Counted from the stretch's first letter, positions 25,705-36,223 are shown. The stretch is DNA of 64,000 bases from Zygnema circumcarinatum SAG 698-1b (GCA_037447605.1 CM074813.1:2728001-2792000), one strand, 5' to 3'. The notes: a model not told the origin generated them from the sequence alone. Numbers and translations: made by a program.

Positions 25705-28700
25705 GGTAGAACTCGACATCTTCAATGAATTGCTCAATCACACAAAGCACGCTAAATGCAAGAGAACAACTCAGCGGAAATATGAAAATGTAAGGAGAAA
25801 GCCACCAGCCTAAAACTCCTTAAGATAAAGATGAAATACAACTTGACAACACTAGAGCCAAGCTTCAAGCACCTCTCTCAAGCTACGTGAATAAACCACC
25901 CACTACAAGCTGAACTCTTCCCACTATCTCCTAGGCCCTAAGCAAGATAGCCTCACTCCCAATGTGAGTCACGAGAAGGTTAACTTCTACCAAACAATCT
26001 AAGCCTTAAATACAATATGGCGCCATTAGTGACATTGTCACGTCACGGCCGCACATGCTACGCCTTGCAAGACCCTTATCCCGATCCTAATCTCGCGCCG
26101 TCGGATCCTCCTCAGCTTGCACGGATCCAGCACATCAATGCCGTCAGATCCGCCTCAGCCTTATCTCCATCCGAGTCCTCCACCGTAGGATCTGACTCCT
26201 CATTACTTGGCGTCATGTGGGACCCCGTAAGCCTACGAGCGCCACCGACCTAGGCCGTACAGGCCTTCAATTTAACCCGACACGTGGCGCCTTCCGATTC
26301 GCCACTGTCCTCCAAATGAATCATTGCTGACTCCGTACCTTGTCAGTTCTGCTCCGCGCGCTGATTCGCGCCGCGTCACTTCTCGATTTGTCGCGTCGCG
26401 CCACGTCACATCTGACTCCGCCACGCCGCGCCGCGCCACCGACCAATGTCCGTACATTCGAGGTCCTGGCCTTACAAATCGTACCACTGATTGGCTCCAC
26501 CGACATTCTGATGCCTTGCCTTGCCAAATCAGACTCGCGCGCTATACGCACACCCCTTAAAGACTTGTACGGTCGCCTAGACGCCCCTCCGTACAATGTG
26601 GACACTTTTGAGCACACCCCTCCTTAGAACTTAGTACCAACAACTTAGTGTACAACAAGTCCTTAACTACTTTACACTAACAATCCCCCTCTTGGTACTT
26701 AGTTCTCCATGGGTCCTAGTTCCATGAGACCACTACTATTCTCTAGTGTCCCACAACCAAATGAATGCTCCCTTGTCCTAACAAGCTGCCCCCTCTTGAT
26801 CCAAAGGCCTAGGAGAGAATCTTCCCCCTCTTGATCTCCTCTTGGTTGCCTTTCACATTCGATCCTGGGCGCTTCCACTGAACTCCTCATAGGTCCAGCA
26901 ACCGGGTATTCCTTTGTAGTTGCAACCTTGTACTCGGGCTGCTCCACTACCCTGGGTTGAAAGGACCCCTCCACTTCAACTCCATCCTTGTTTGGATGCA
27001 ACAAGCCGTGTTTCCGAGCCTCCACAGACTCACTAACTTTCGAGTGATCACGGAATTCGCACACATTCTCACCACCACTAATGTCCACCCTTTCGGTGAT
27101 GGGTCTTTTGACCCCCTTAGCCTGGCTATCTGAAATGTCGTTGGCGAAATAATCCCCTGCTCCCCTGAGCCTCAATGCTTGCTCTAGCATCCCCTTTCCT
27201 CCTCCAAGCTGGTCTGGATCTATCTTATGGTGAATGGGTTCCTCTACAGGGTCCTTGGCGGGATAGCTCAGCCCTTGAGCCTCCTTCCACTCTAGAAAGT
27301 AAAGCCCACCTTGCTGGATTCCCTTGCACAAGACTTGCCCTGTCTCCTTGTGAATGACCTCACAACTACCCTTCTCAAACCATACTCCATAGTCCTTCTC
27401 ACACAGCTGACTAACAGAGAGGAAATTAATCTGTAGTCCGGGAGTATGCAGTACGTTACCAACATGGACAACCCTCTGCGTGCTTCCCTCCCCGAGCACC
27501 TTCAACTTGACTGTTCCGCCTTGCGTCACCGAGACTCCTTCTCCAGTTGCTGAGTAGACCGAGCGGGTTCCCTCCAAAGTCTCCTTCTCTGCAAAGAGTG
27601 AGTCGTCCACGCACATGTGCCTTGAAGCACCGGAATCAATCACCCAAGGTTTAGCTGAATTTTTAACTCTAACACATCCGACAAACTCATCATTAGGTTC
27701 CCAATCCGAGAACATCAAGTTCGTCTCGTGAATCCTCTTGCGTTCATCTCTGGGATACCTGCCATCACCCCTCCTCCCTTCTTGCTCGTTTAGAGCATCT
27801 GCATTCGAGGATGAACCACCATTCTGAACGTTGGGGCAGTTCCTCTTGAAGTGACCGGTCTTCCCACAAGAGTAGCAAGTCCTCTGAGTCTTCAGCTCTC
27901 CACCATCTTTGGCTGCGTTTGGTCCCTTGCCGTTCCTGTATGGGCGAGCAGTTGCAGCATACAGCTTCTCCGAACTTGACCTGTACTGCTTCTTGTCCTG
28001 AAGACCATCCTCCTCTACCACTCTCCTCTTGACCTGCTCAAAGGTCATCTTAGTCGTGGAAAGCTGAGTTCGTAGAGCAGTGCAAGCAGGGTCAAATCTG
28101 TCCGGCAAGCCTCCAAGGAATAGACTAATCTTGTGATCCAAGTGAAGGGGCAATTTCAGCCCATCAAACTTTTGCATCAGATTATCAAACTTGATCACAT
28201 AGTCTTTAAGCTCCTCCCCTGAATCCAAACTGAGTTTTCCAAGCTCCGTGTAGAGATAAACTACAGTGGCATTATCTACCACATCATAAATCTTCTCTAG
28301 AGTATCCCACATCTCCCGAGCTGTCTTTAACTCTGAAATCAGGTCTGTAGGTTCCTCACTAACGCCAGCACAAAGCAGGGTCCTAACCTTGCAATCCTTA
28401 ACCCTCCACTTCTCAAACTCAAGTGGATTAATCTCAGAATCGGGGGCCACAATGGAGCCATTCACATACCCCAACAGCCGCTTGTTCTCCAGCACTGTGA
28501 GCATGCGAAACTTCCACCGCTTGTAGTTCTTCCCATGCGAAAGTTGGAATATAGTAAACTTCAAATGCTTCGCCGTAGCCGACTCATTACCACTTACTTG
28601 TTCGCGGCGCCCTCCTTGGTAAGAACGCCTTTACTCCTCACAGGTAGAACTCGACATCTTCAATGAATTGCTCAATCACACAAAGCACGCTAAATGCAAG

Positions 28701-29621
28701 AGAACAACTCAGCGGAAATATGAAAATGTAAGGAGAAAGCCACCAGCCTAAAACTCCTTAAGATAAAGATGAAATACAACTTGACAACACTAGAGCCAAG
28801 CTTCAAGCACCTCACTCAAGCTACGTGAATAAACCACCCACTACAAGCTGAACTCTTCCCACTATCTCCTAGGCCCTAAGCAAGATAGCCTCACTCCCCA
28901 ATGTGAGTCACGAGAAGGTTAACTTCTACCAAACAATCTAAGCCTTAAATACAATATGGCGCCATTAGTGACATTGTCACGTCACGGCCGCACATGCTAC
29001 GCCTTGCAAGACCCTTATCCCGATCCTAATCTCGCGTCGTCGGATCCTCCTCAGCTTGCACGGATCCAGCACATCAATGCCGTCAGATCCGCCTCAGCCT
29101 TATCTCCATCCGAGTCCTCCACCGTAGGATCTGACTCCTCATTACTTGGCGTCATGTGGGACCCCGTAAGCCTACGAGCGCCACCGACCTAGGCCGTACA
29201 GGCCTTCAATTTAACCCGACACGTGGCGCCTTCCGATTCGCCACTGTCCTCCAAATGAATCATTGCTGACTCCGTACCTTGTCAGTTCTGCTCCGCGCGC
29301 TGATTCGCGCCGCGTCACTTCTCGATTTGTCGCGTCGCGCCACGTCACATTTGACTCCGCCACGCTGCGCCTCGCCACCGACCAATGTCCGTACATTCGA
29401 GGTCCTGGCCTTACAAATCGTACCACTGATTGGCTCCACCGACATTCTGATGCCTTGCCTTGCCAAATCAGACTCTCGCGCTATACGCACACCCCTTAAA
29501 GACTTGTACGGTCGCCTAGACGCCCCTCCGTACAATGTGGACACTTTTGAGCACACCCCTCTTTAGAACTTAGTACCAACAACTTAGTGTACAACAAGTC
29601 CTTAACTACTTTACACTAACA
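25705..29621 (-). mobile_element. Recently inserted gag-protease-only (TR-GAG-like) LTR element, copy 2
   Basis: LTRs 25705-26682 (left end in a gap) and about 28617-29621 differ by about 7 substitutions and 1 indel. PPT AGAGGGGGAT. Single ORF, no integrase/RT/RNase H motifs. Inserted into the host WHRRMGHL codons. Confidence 0.9.
26699..28564 (-). CDS. Copia-type Gag-protease polyprotein with an unknown C-terminal tail (621 codons open)
   Basis: Gag N-terminus (NYKRWKFRMLTVLENKRLLGYVNG), knuckle CYSCGKTGHFKRNC and aspartic protease VIDSGASRHMC, then GGLYFLEW and about 190 aa of unrecognised sequence. There is no in-frame ATG before codon 21, and an ATG lies 1 nt out of frame just upstream. 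Confidence 0.85.
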   Translation of the reverse strand: MKFTIFQLSHGKNYKRWKFRMLTVLENKRLLGYVNGSIVAPDSEINPLEFEKWRVKDCKVRTLLCAGVSEEPTDLISELKTAREMWDTLEKIYDVVDNATVVYLYTELGKLSLDSGEELKDYVIKFDNLMQKFDGLKLPLHLDHKISLFLGGLPDRFDPACTALRTQLSTTKMTFEQVKRRVVEEDGLQDKKQYRSSSEKLYAATARPYRNGKGPNAAKDGGELKTQRTCYSCGKTGHFKRNCPNVQNGGSSSNADALNEQEGRRGDGRYPRDERKRIHETNLMFSDWEPNDEFVGCVRVKNSAKPWVIDSGASRHMCVDDSLFAEKETLEGTRSVYSATGEGVSVTQGGTVKLKVLGEGSTQRVVHVGNVLHTPGLQINFLSVSQLCEKDYGVWFEKGSCEVIHKETGQVLCKGIQQGGLYFLEWKEAQGLSYPAKDPVEEPIHHKIDPDQLGGGKGMLEQALRLRGAGDYFANDISDSQAKGVKRPITERVDISGGENVCEFRDHSKVSESVEARKHGLLHPNKDGVEVEGSFQPRVVEQPEYKVATTKEYPVAGPMRSSVEAPRIECERQPRGDQEGEDSLLGLWIKRGQLVRTREHSFGCGTLENSSGLMELGPMEN

Positions 29622-31724
29622 GAGATGGCCCATTCGGCGATGCCACAACTTTGCCGCCGGATTTTCAGAGAGAGCATTGACTTGGTGTGAGAGGACCCCT
29701 CCTCCCTTTAGAAGGTAAAGGCCGTTCTTTTCTGTGCCTCTCAAAACAACCTTCCCGGTTAGTTTTTCCACCACCTTGCACTCCTCTCCATCAAACCAAG
29801 AAACATATCCTCTTTTGCCAAGCTGGCTCACGGAAATGAAGTTGCTTTGAAGACCAGGGGTAAGGAGAACGTTGCCCATGTAACNNNNNNNNNNTCCTTG
29901 TTATGCGCTTCTGAGCTCATCATCAAGTTTGTCTCGCTTGCTCCATCTTGGCAAGCCACAGACTTGTGGCCCTTCTTGCCGCACTTAAAACACGTTCCAC
30001 CGAAAGTAGGCTTCTTCTTCTTGCTCGGATCTCCACCTGAAGACTCCCCTTTCTTCTCGGGTCGTCCCTTGGTCTGGTAGCAGTCCGTTGACAGATGTCC
30101 ACGCTTGCCACACGTGTAGCATGTAGGGGGAGGACGATCTCCTCCATCTTTCTTCCCTTTGTTCTTGCCGAATTTCGCAGCCTGGATTGACAGGACACTG
30201 TCTGCAGATCCTTTCCCACCCTCTAGCAATATTTCTGCCTCTCTGATTCTCCCTTTGATTTGCACCATGGACATGGGCAGGCTAGCAAGGTGAGTTCTTA
30301 GGGACTCTACAACTCTATCAAATTTGCTTGTAAGTCCTAATAGGAAGTGATGAATCTCGCTAGGCAAGGTTATGGGCTGCTTGGCAGCTATGCATTTCTG
30401 CATCAAGCTATCAAACTTTACAAAGTACTGAGTGAGTGTGTCCCCCTTCTCCATTTTGCATGCCCCTAATTCTGCATACAAATTTACAGGTAAACCACTT
30501 TCTGCTACTTCATAAACTGACTGCAAACTGCTCCACATAGTTGCTGCACATTTTATATCAAGCAGCATGGTGCCAGGACCATTGCCTACTGACATAGCAA
30601 TATAGCCTGCTATTTTCTTATTGTTCACTTGCCATAGGTCGAAGACTTTCGTTTCCGCTGCGTTGGTTGGAGGAGGTGGTTCCGGCGAACTTCCATCGAC
30701 ATACTTGAACAGGTTCTTTGTCTCCAGCATGTAAGTCATCCGCCACCTCCAATGTCTGTACTGGGTCCCTTCGAAGGTCGGGACCTTGAACCTGGGNNNN
30801 NNNNNNGGTCTCTGCTAGCGCATCGCCGCCGTTCGGTTCGTCTTCTCGCACCACTGAATCGACACCGTCCGATTCGTAGGAGATTTCAAACTTGTCGTTT
30901 TGCGAGAGTTTGGCCTCCAAGTCCATTCGGATTTCAACCGGAGGATTTTCTTGGAATCTGACATCGCGACTCCTCTCTACCTGTTTGGTTAAGGGATTCC
31001 ACACCCGGTACGTGGGGCTGTCCTCATTATAGCCAATCAGGTACCCGGGAGTGGATCTACTCTCGAATTTGGAGTTTCTCCTGGGCTTCAGTACGGTCAT
31101 GAAGCACCTTGCTCCCCATACTCTGAAGTAAGCCACTGAGGGCTTCTTTCCGCTCCACACCTCCTCCGGCACCCTGTCCTGAAGCGCTCTTGTCGGGCAC
31201 CTGTTTCTGATGTGAGCTGCTGCCATCACTGCCTCACCCCAAAAGGTTAAGGGAAGTGGGGACTCACTCATCATGGCCCTCANNNNNNNNNNGTACGGTG
31301 TACTATTCGGGGCTATACCCCTATTGTACACATCACCTCCCTCCCTCCCTCCCTCCCTCTCTCCCTCCCTCCCTCCCTCCCTCCCTCCCTCCCTCCCTCC
31401 CTCCAGGCTTTGTGGTGGACAAGGAGGACAGCAGTGTGACTCGCTCAGATGCCCATTTCCGGGACCTCTTTCAGCAAAGTTCGCTTCACCTTTTTAAGAC
31501 AAAGGTCCTTCACTTCACATCTCTTCTCTATGAATTTGCTCACAGAATATTCAAAAGAAGATGTATGCATTCTTCTTTCGTATTTTCCTTTGTCGGGCAG
31601 TGTATATTTTTTCCATAACATATACAAGAAATCTCCCTTTTCCTCCCCTCTCCATGTCTTTTTTCTCTTCCAGCTGCAACGGAAATTTCCCGCAGACCTA
31701 TTTCAGGTGCGGATGTATGCGTTG

Positions 31725-32371
31725 TGTAGTGTACAATAGGGGTATAGTACGACGTAGTACACTTTACGGTCCTTAGCCGATGTCGTGAAGATCAATGCCA
31801 TGTTCCTTCTCACCAGCTGCGGCTACAAAATGCAACAGGTGCTCTAGGGACGTCGATACGGTGCGAAACATATCAAACAGAACGATTCGACACATTTCAA
31901 TATATATATTGAACTGGTCAATACGATACAGCTCGATACATGTCGTCTTAACAGTTGGATACAGTATGTTATTTATCGACTAAAGCAGTGTGTGCGATAC
32001 GATATATCTCGGTACTCTTCAATATGTACCGTACGGGCGAATCCGTTAGGTAACGGAATATGCCGACAACGCTTCAAGTGCCACGTCATGACACGTCATC
32101 CACTCATATCGCGCCACGTGGTGGAGGGAATCTTCCATTCCGAATGGAAGCTTCGCTTGGCGCGTCACGCTGGTGACTGCGCACACTGCGACACTTGAAA
32201 ACTATACAACTAGTGTGAAAAGTAGGACTGTAATGAGGATATCAATACAATTTTGTTTGATACACTAGAGAGATGAGAGTGATGAGAGTGATGAGAGTGA
32301 TGCAGCATGGTTTTACTCACCATAGTTCGAGTCCATGACTGAGATTGTGTTGTCTTAGCTTGGATCCTGTC
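31725..32371 (+). repeat. LTR-like sequence related to the 22081-22972 LTR, in the opposite orientation
   Basis: 31725-31790 (tgtagtgtacaataggggtatag...acggtccttagc...gtcgtga) is the reverse complement counterpart of 22905-22972. The right end (…cctgtca) is tentative and no TSD was found. Confidence 0.45.
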
Positions 32372-33489
32372 AAAGGCCTCCTTCTTCCTCCCCCCCTCGA
32401 TCCTGGCCGCTCTCGCAAAATTGAGAACTTCTTCACTGAAATAACAACCTCAAGACAGGCGACGTCCGCCTCACCCCGTTAATGAAGCCCCCTTCCTCCT
32501 TCTTACTCTCCGCCTCCACCTCCAATCCGCCCACAGCAACAGCATCACCAACAGCAGCAACACAACAAAAGCAAAAAAAGANNNNNNNNNNGGACAATCG
32601 AAGAAAGGTAATTGATTGCAAGGGATTTATTTGAAGCTTGGCCCCACCTCCCTGCCACCTGGATTTGATCAAACCCACAAGAGTGCGCGAAACATTCCCT
32701 TGCTGCCGCGCCACGGAATATGTGCAAGGTGCCTGAACAACGGAGATCTAAGTGCTCAATGATTTTTTTCATGAACTTTGATTGTGCTTCACGACACATT
32801 TCAACCTCAGTGGAGTCTTTGGATGGAAACAATAAGGTTTTGTACCTGCAAATCAACAAACAAACGTGTCAATAAAAACAATACATTTGTGCAAAAATAT
32901 AAAACAAAATACACAAATAATAGTTGATTGGATAAGTTTAGACTCACCAAAGGTAGTTGCTCCGAAGATCTGGAGGAGGTTCTTCTGATACAATGAACCT
33001 GTGGAACAAATATCGTGATATCCATCCATGACGCAAAATTCGGTCTGAATGTCCTAAGGAAGCCCGTATTGGTACACTCCTCCGGTTCTTTTTTCCCCAT
33101 TGACACCACAGGGCCGATGCGATTCGGATGGGCGATAGGCACATTTGTAGCCATATCGTGATAAATAGATCGACCAGCGAATTGATCTTTGGTCATCTCT
33201 GAAGCACATCATTGCGCTTTCTTGTAGGCTACCTCTTTACCGTACTTTAAATATGTTTTGGATTTGTTGAATGACCCCATATACCTTAATAACTTTTGAA
33301 AGTCTGAAAGCGCTAGTTTATCCTTAACAGTCCCTCGTTTAGGATCAATGAACATCCTGTAGACACAAAAAACTAAAAGACATTTAGAGAGGGAGGAGGA
33401 GGAGGGGGTAGGGGGGAGAGCAAGTAAGGAGGGAGAGAAGGAGAGATCGGGCAAAGAAAGAGGAAAGAGAGAAAGCGGCCAACCGATAG

Positions 33490-34075
33490 CCGAGAATCAC
33501 GAGAATGCAAAATCACGAGAATCTGAGAATCACGAGAATCACGAGAATCTGAGAATCTGAGAATCACGAGAATGCAAAATCACGAGAATCTGAGAATGCA
33601 AAATCACGAGAATCTGAGAATCACGAGAATCTGAGAATGCAAAATCACGAGAATCTGAGAATGCAAAATCACGAGAATCACGAGAATCACGAGAATGCGA
33701 GAATGCGAGAATGCAAAATACAAAATCACGAGAATCGCGAGAATCACGAGAATCTGAGAATGCAAAATCACGAGAATCTGAGAATACAAAATCTGAGAAT
33801 CTGAGAATCACGAGAATCACGAGAAAGCAAAATACAAAATCACGAGAATCGCGAGAATCACGAGAATCACGAGAATCTGAGAATACAAAATCTGAGAATC
33901 TGAGAATGCAAAATCACGAGAATCTGAGAATGCAAAATACAAAATGCAGAATGCAGAATGCAGAATGCAGAATGCAGAAAGCAGAATGCAGAATGCAGAA
34001 TGCAGAATGCAGAATGCAAAATGCTGAATGCTGAATGCAGAATACAGAATGCAGAAAGCAGAAAGCAAAAAGATA
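33490..34075. repeat. Intronic tandem mosaic of GAGAATCAC/GAGAATCT/GAATGCA units
   Basis: Directly visible in Crypton intron 2: 8-9-mers at about 33490-33930 grade into (GAATGCA)n at about 33940-34070. Confidence 0.95.
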
Positions 34076-34529
34076 ACTTGCCTAAGTCGTCTTTCATCGG
34101 TAGAGCGGGCCATGATCTCCACCATATACTTGACTTGCAAGTTTTCACTCACTTTTACACCCAAAGATACATGATCATGTGTTATAAAATCAATAGTTTT
34201 TTGGGCATGTTGCAATGCAAAAATACTATTAGACAAAGTGCTGGGGGTTAAAGGACCTGCATTCATAGTGCCATTGTCTAATCTCCAAAACAAAAATGCT
34301 GCCACTCTTTCTGAATGTGGAACTGGCCTCCAACCCTCTGTTTCACACTTAGCAACAAATTGCTTTATTACGGGGCGGTATGATGCCTTCGTAGATTTTG
34401 GGCGTAACCTCTCTACCCCAGAAACTAATAATTGGCTTTGAGCTGTAGTTGCCCTGCACAAAAACAGAAAGAAAACCCTTAATTCAATAATTCTTCAAAA
34501 AGAGTGACATAAAATGTACCTAATTTGAA

Positions 34530-34950
34530 AGAAAAGCAGAAAGCCAAAAGCAGAATGCAGAATGCAGAATGCAGAATACAGAATGCCAAATGCCAAATGC
34601 AAAATGCAGAATGCAGAATGCAGAAAGCAGAAAGCCAACAGCAGAATGTAGAATGTAGATTGCAGAATGTAGAATGCAGAATGCAGAATGCAGAATGCAG
34701 AATGCAGAATGCAGAATGCAGAATGCAGAATGCAGAATGCAGAATGCAGAATGCAGAATGCAGAATACAGAATGCAGAATGCAGAATGCAGAATACAGAA
34801 TGCAGAATGCAGAATGCAGAATACAGAATGCAGAAGAATGCAGAATGCAGAATGCAGAAAGCAGAAAGCAAAAAGTAGAAAGCCAAAAGCAAAAAGCAGA
34901 AAGCACAGAGCAGAAAGCAGAAAGTGAAAAGCAGAAAGCAGAAAGCCAAT
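34530..34950. repeat. Intronic (GAATGCA)n heptamer array
   Basis: Directly visible in Crypton intron 1, with GAAAGCA variants at the edges. A short copy also lies at about 35235-35285. Confidence 0.95.
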
Positions 34951-35405
34951 AGCATACCTTGGCTTTATAGGCATGTCGCGTCTTTGTTCCTCTTCATCTT
35001 CAATTGTCGTTTCCGCTGCAAATATTGTCCTTTTAAGCTCTTCATCTCCTATAATACATCCATTCTTCTTCACTAGATAAGAGGCATCATCAAATACGCT
35101 CCACGCTTCGTCTTCTGGACTCAACCCTAGATGATGAGGATAGAGATGAGGAATTCTTGGATCCATTTCTGCAATAGAAGAAAGAGGTAAGTAAACCACG
35201 CTGCATAAATGGATGGATAGAAAAAAAGATGGAGAATGCAGAATGCAGAATGCAGAATGCTGAAAGCAGAATGCAGAATGCAGAAAGATGGATAGAGGCG
35301 TACCTGCAACACATGCGGTGGTAATGTGTAAGGGGGGGGGGGGGGCGCGGCCGCCACACACCGCTCTCCGCAAGCAAGCAGGGCCTCCCTCGCTCGCTCG
35401 GGCTG

Positions 35406-35455
35406 TGTAGCAAACACGCCTCCAGCAGAGATCGAACTCTAGACCTACCGGTACC
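35406..35455 (-). repeat. 50-bp relic homologous to the TRIM LTR end
   Basis: TGTAGCAAACACGCCTCCAGCAGAGATCGAACTCTAGACCTACCGGTACC versus TGTAACAAACCCGCCTCCAGCAGGGTTCGAACTCAGGACCTCCCGGTATT (7854-7903), about 41/50 identical. Confidence 0.7.
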
Positions 35456-35536
35456 AGGACACGATGTTCAATTTCAATGGGCGGTGGGCAAGCGGCGGCG
35501 AGCACACCCGAAGTTCAATTTCAGTGGTTTTAAATG

Positions 35537-35614
35537 ACGTGGCGCCGACGTGGATGGACATGTAGACGTGGAATCGACGTGGCAGACGTGGCGCCACCGT
35601 GGCATCTACGTGGC
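35537..35614. promoter_or_regulatory. Cluster of seven ACGTGG-type (G-box/ABRE-like) motifs
   Basis: Six ACGTGG and one CCGTGG in 78 bp, all in the same orientation, between two divergent transcription units. Function is inferred only. Confidence 0.45.
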
Positions 35615-36223
35615 AATCGGCACCGCGGTGACCGCGCGCTCGGCCGGCGTCGAACGCTCGGGCGCTGCGCCGTACCTGGGAGGACGCTGCAGGGCGGGTG
35701 GGCGGCCGGGGGGCGGGGAGCTGCAGCAATTCCGATCGTGGCGATCGACGGTGGGGAGGGGGGGAGCCTCGCTGCAGCCGGTGCACAGAACGCTTATGTG
35801 ACGTCATGGCCATCGTTTTCTACGGAACTCGCACATGGAAAGGCCAGATGATGCGCCACTGCCCGTACGGTCAGTGAGCGGAGCGAGCACCACGACCTCC
35901 CTGTCCCTCGCCTCTCCTTCTCCCTCGTTCTCCCTCTCCCTCCCCCTCACCATCCCCATCTCCCTCTCCTTCGTCCTCTCCCACTCTTTTTCCCACTCCC
36001 CGTCTCTCTCCCTCTCCCTCTCCCTCTCTCTTTCCCGCTCCGCCTCTCCCTCTTCCTCTTCCTCCTTCCTCTCCCTCCCCTCTCCCTCTCCCCCTCTCCA
36101 CCTCTTCCCCTCTACCTCTTTATCTCTATCCCCCTCATTCCCTCCCCCCTCCCCCTCTCTCCCTCTCCCTCCCCCTCGTTCCCTCTCCTCCTCCCCCTCT
36201 CTCACTGTCCCTCTCCCTTCAGA

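Larger units (their letters stand above)
22081..31335 (-). mobile_element. Near full-length Ty1/copia element (gag-PR-INT-RT-RH, with RT/RH decayed) carrying a nested gag-protease-only element
   Basis: 3' LTR 22081-22972 (TG...CA) preceded on the minus strand by PPT GAGAGGGGGAA, and a matching LTR end at 31293-31335. Gag 29828-30796, WHRRMGHL at 29622-29650, integrase 24854-25694, RT 23891-24567 (YVDD, frameshifted) and RNase H DNQSS...NPVFGKRSKHI near 23150. Flanks are CCCT-rich with CCTC on both sides. Confidence 0.9.
32592..35166 (-). pseudogene. Crypton/Ndc10-type tyrosine recombinase, spliced; exons 35166-34958, 34453-34082, 33356-32948, 32845-32592 (3' end in a gap); exon 3 frameshifted
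   Basis: Junction phases are consistent across three introns (GT-AG, GC-AG, GT-AG). Motifs: RPKSTKASY, IDPKRGT, CFRDDQRSIRWS, GKKN, RYLFHRFIVSEEPPPDL..WY, HIFRGAAAR, AGRW and INYLSS, which give the R-K-H-x-x-R-W-Y set of CryptonF/Ndc10-like recombinases. Confidence 0.85.

Noticed and set aside
30807-31282. Second copy of the integrase C-terminal region (nearly identical to about 24900-25370) upstream of gag
   Set aside because: It is bounded by N gaps on both sides and out of domain order, so it is most likely a misplaced contig from another copy rather than a real rearranged element.
33373-34955. ORFs of MQNAEC or ILHSAFC repeats, and a CRISPR-like look of the spaced GAGAATCAC units
   Set aside because: They are translations of intronic 7-9-bp tandem repeats. 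There are no constant repeats with unique spacers, no cas genes, and the context is eukaryotic.
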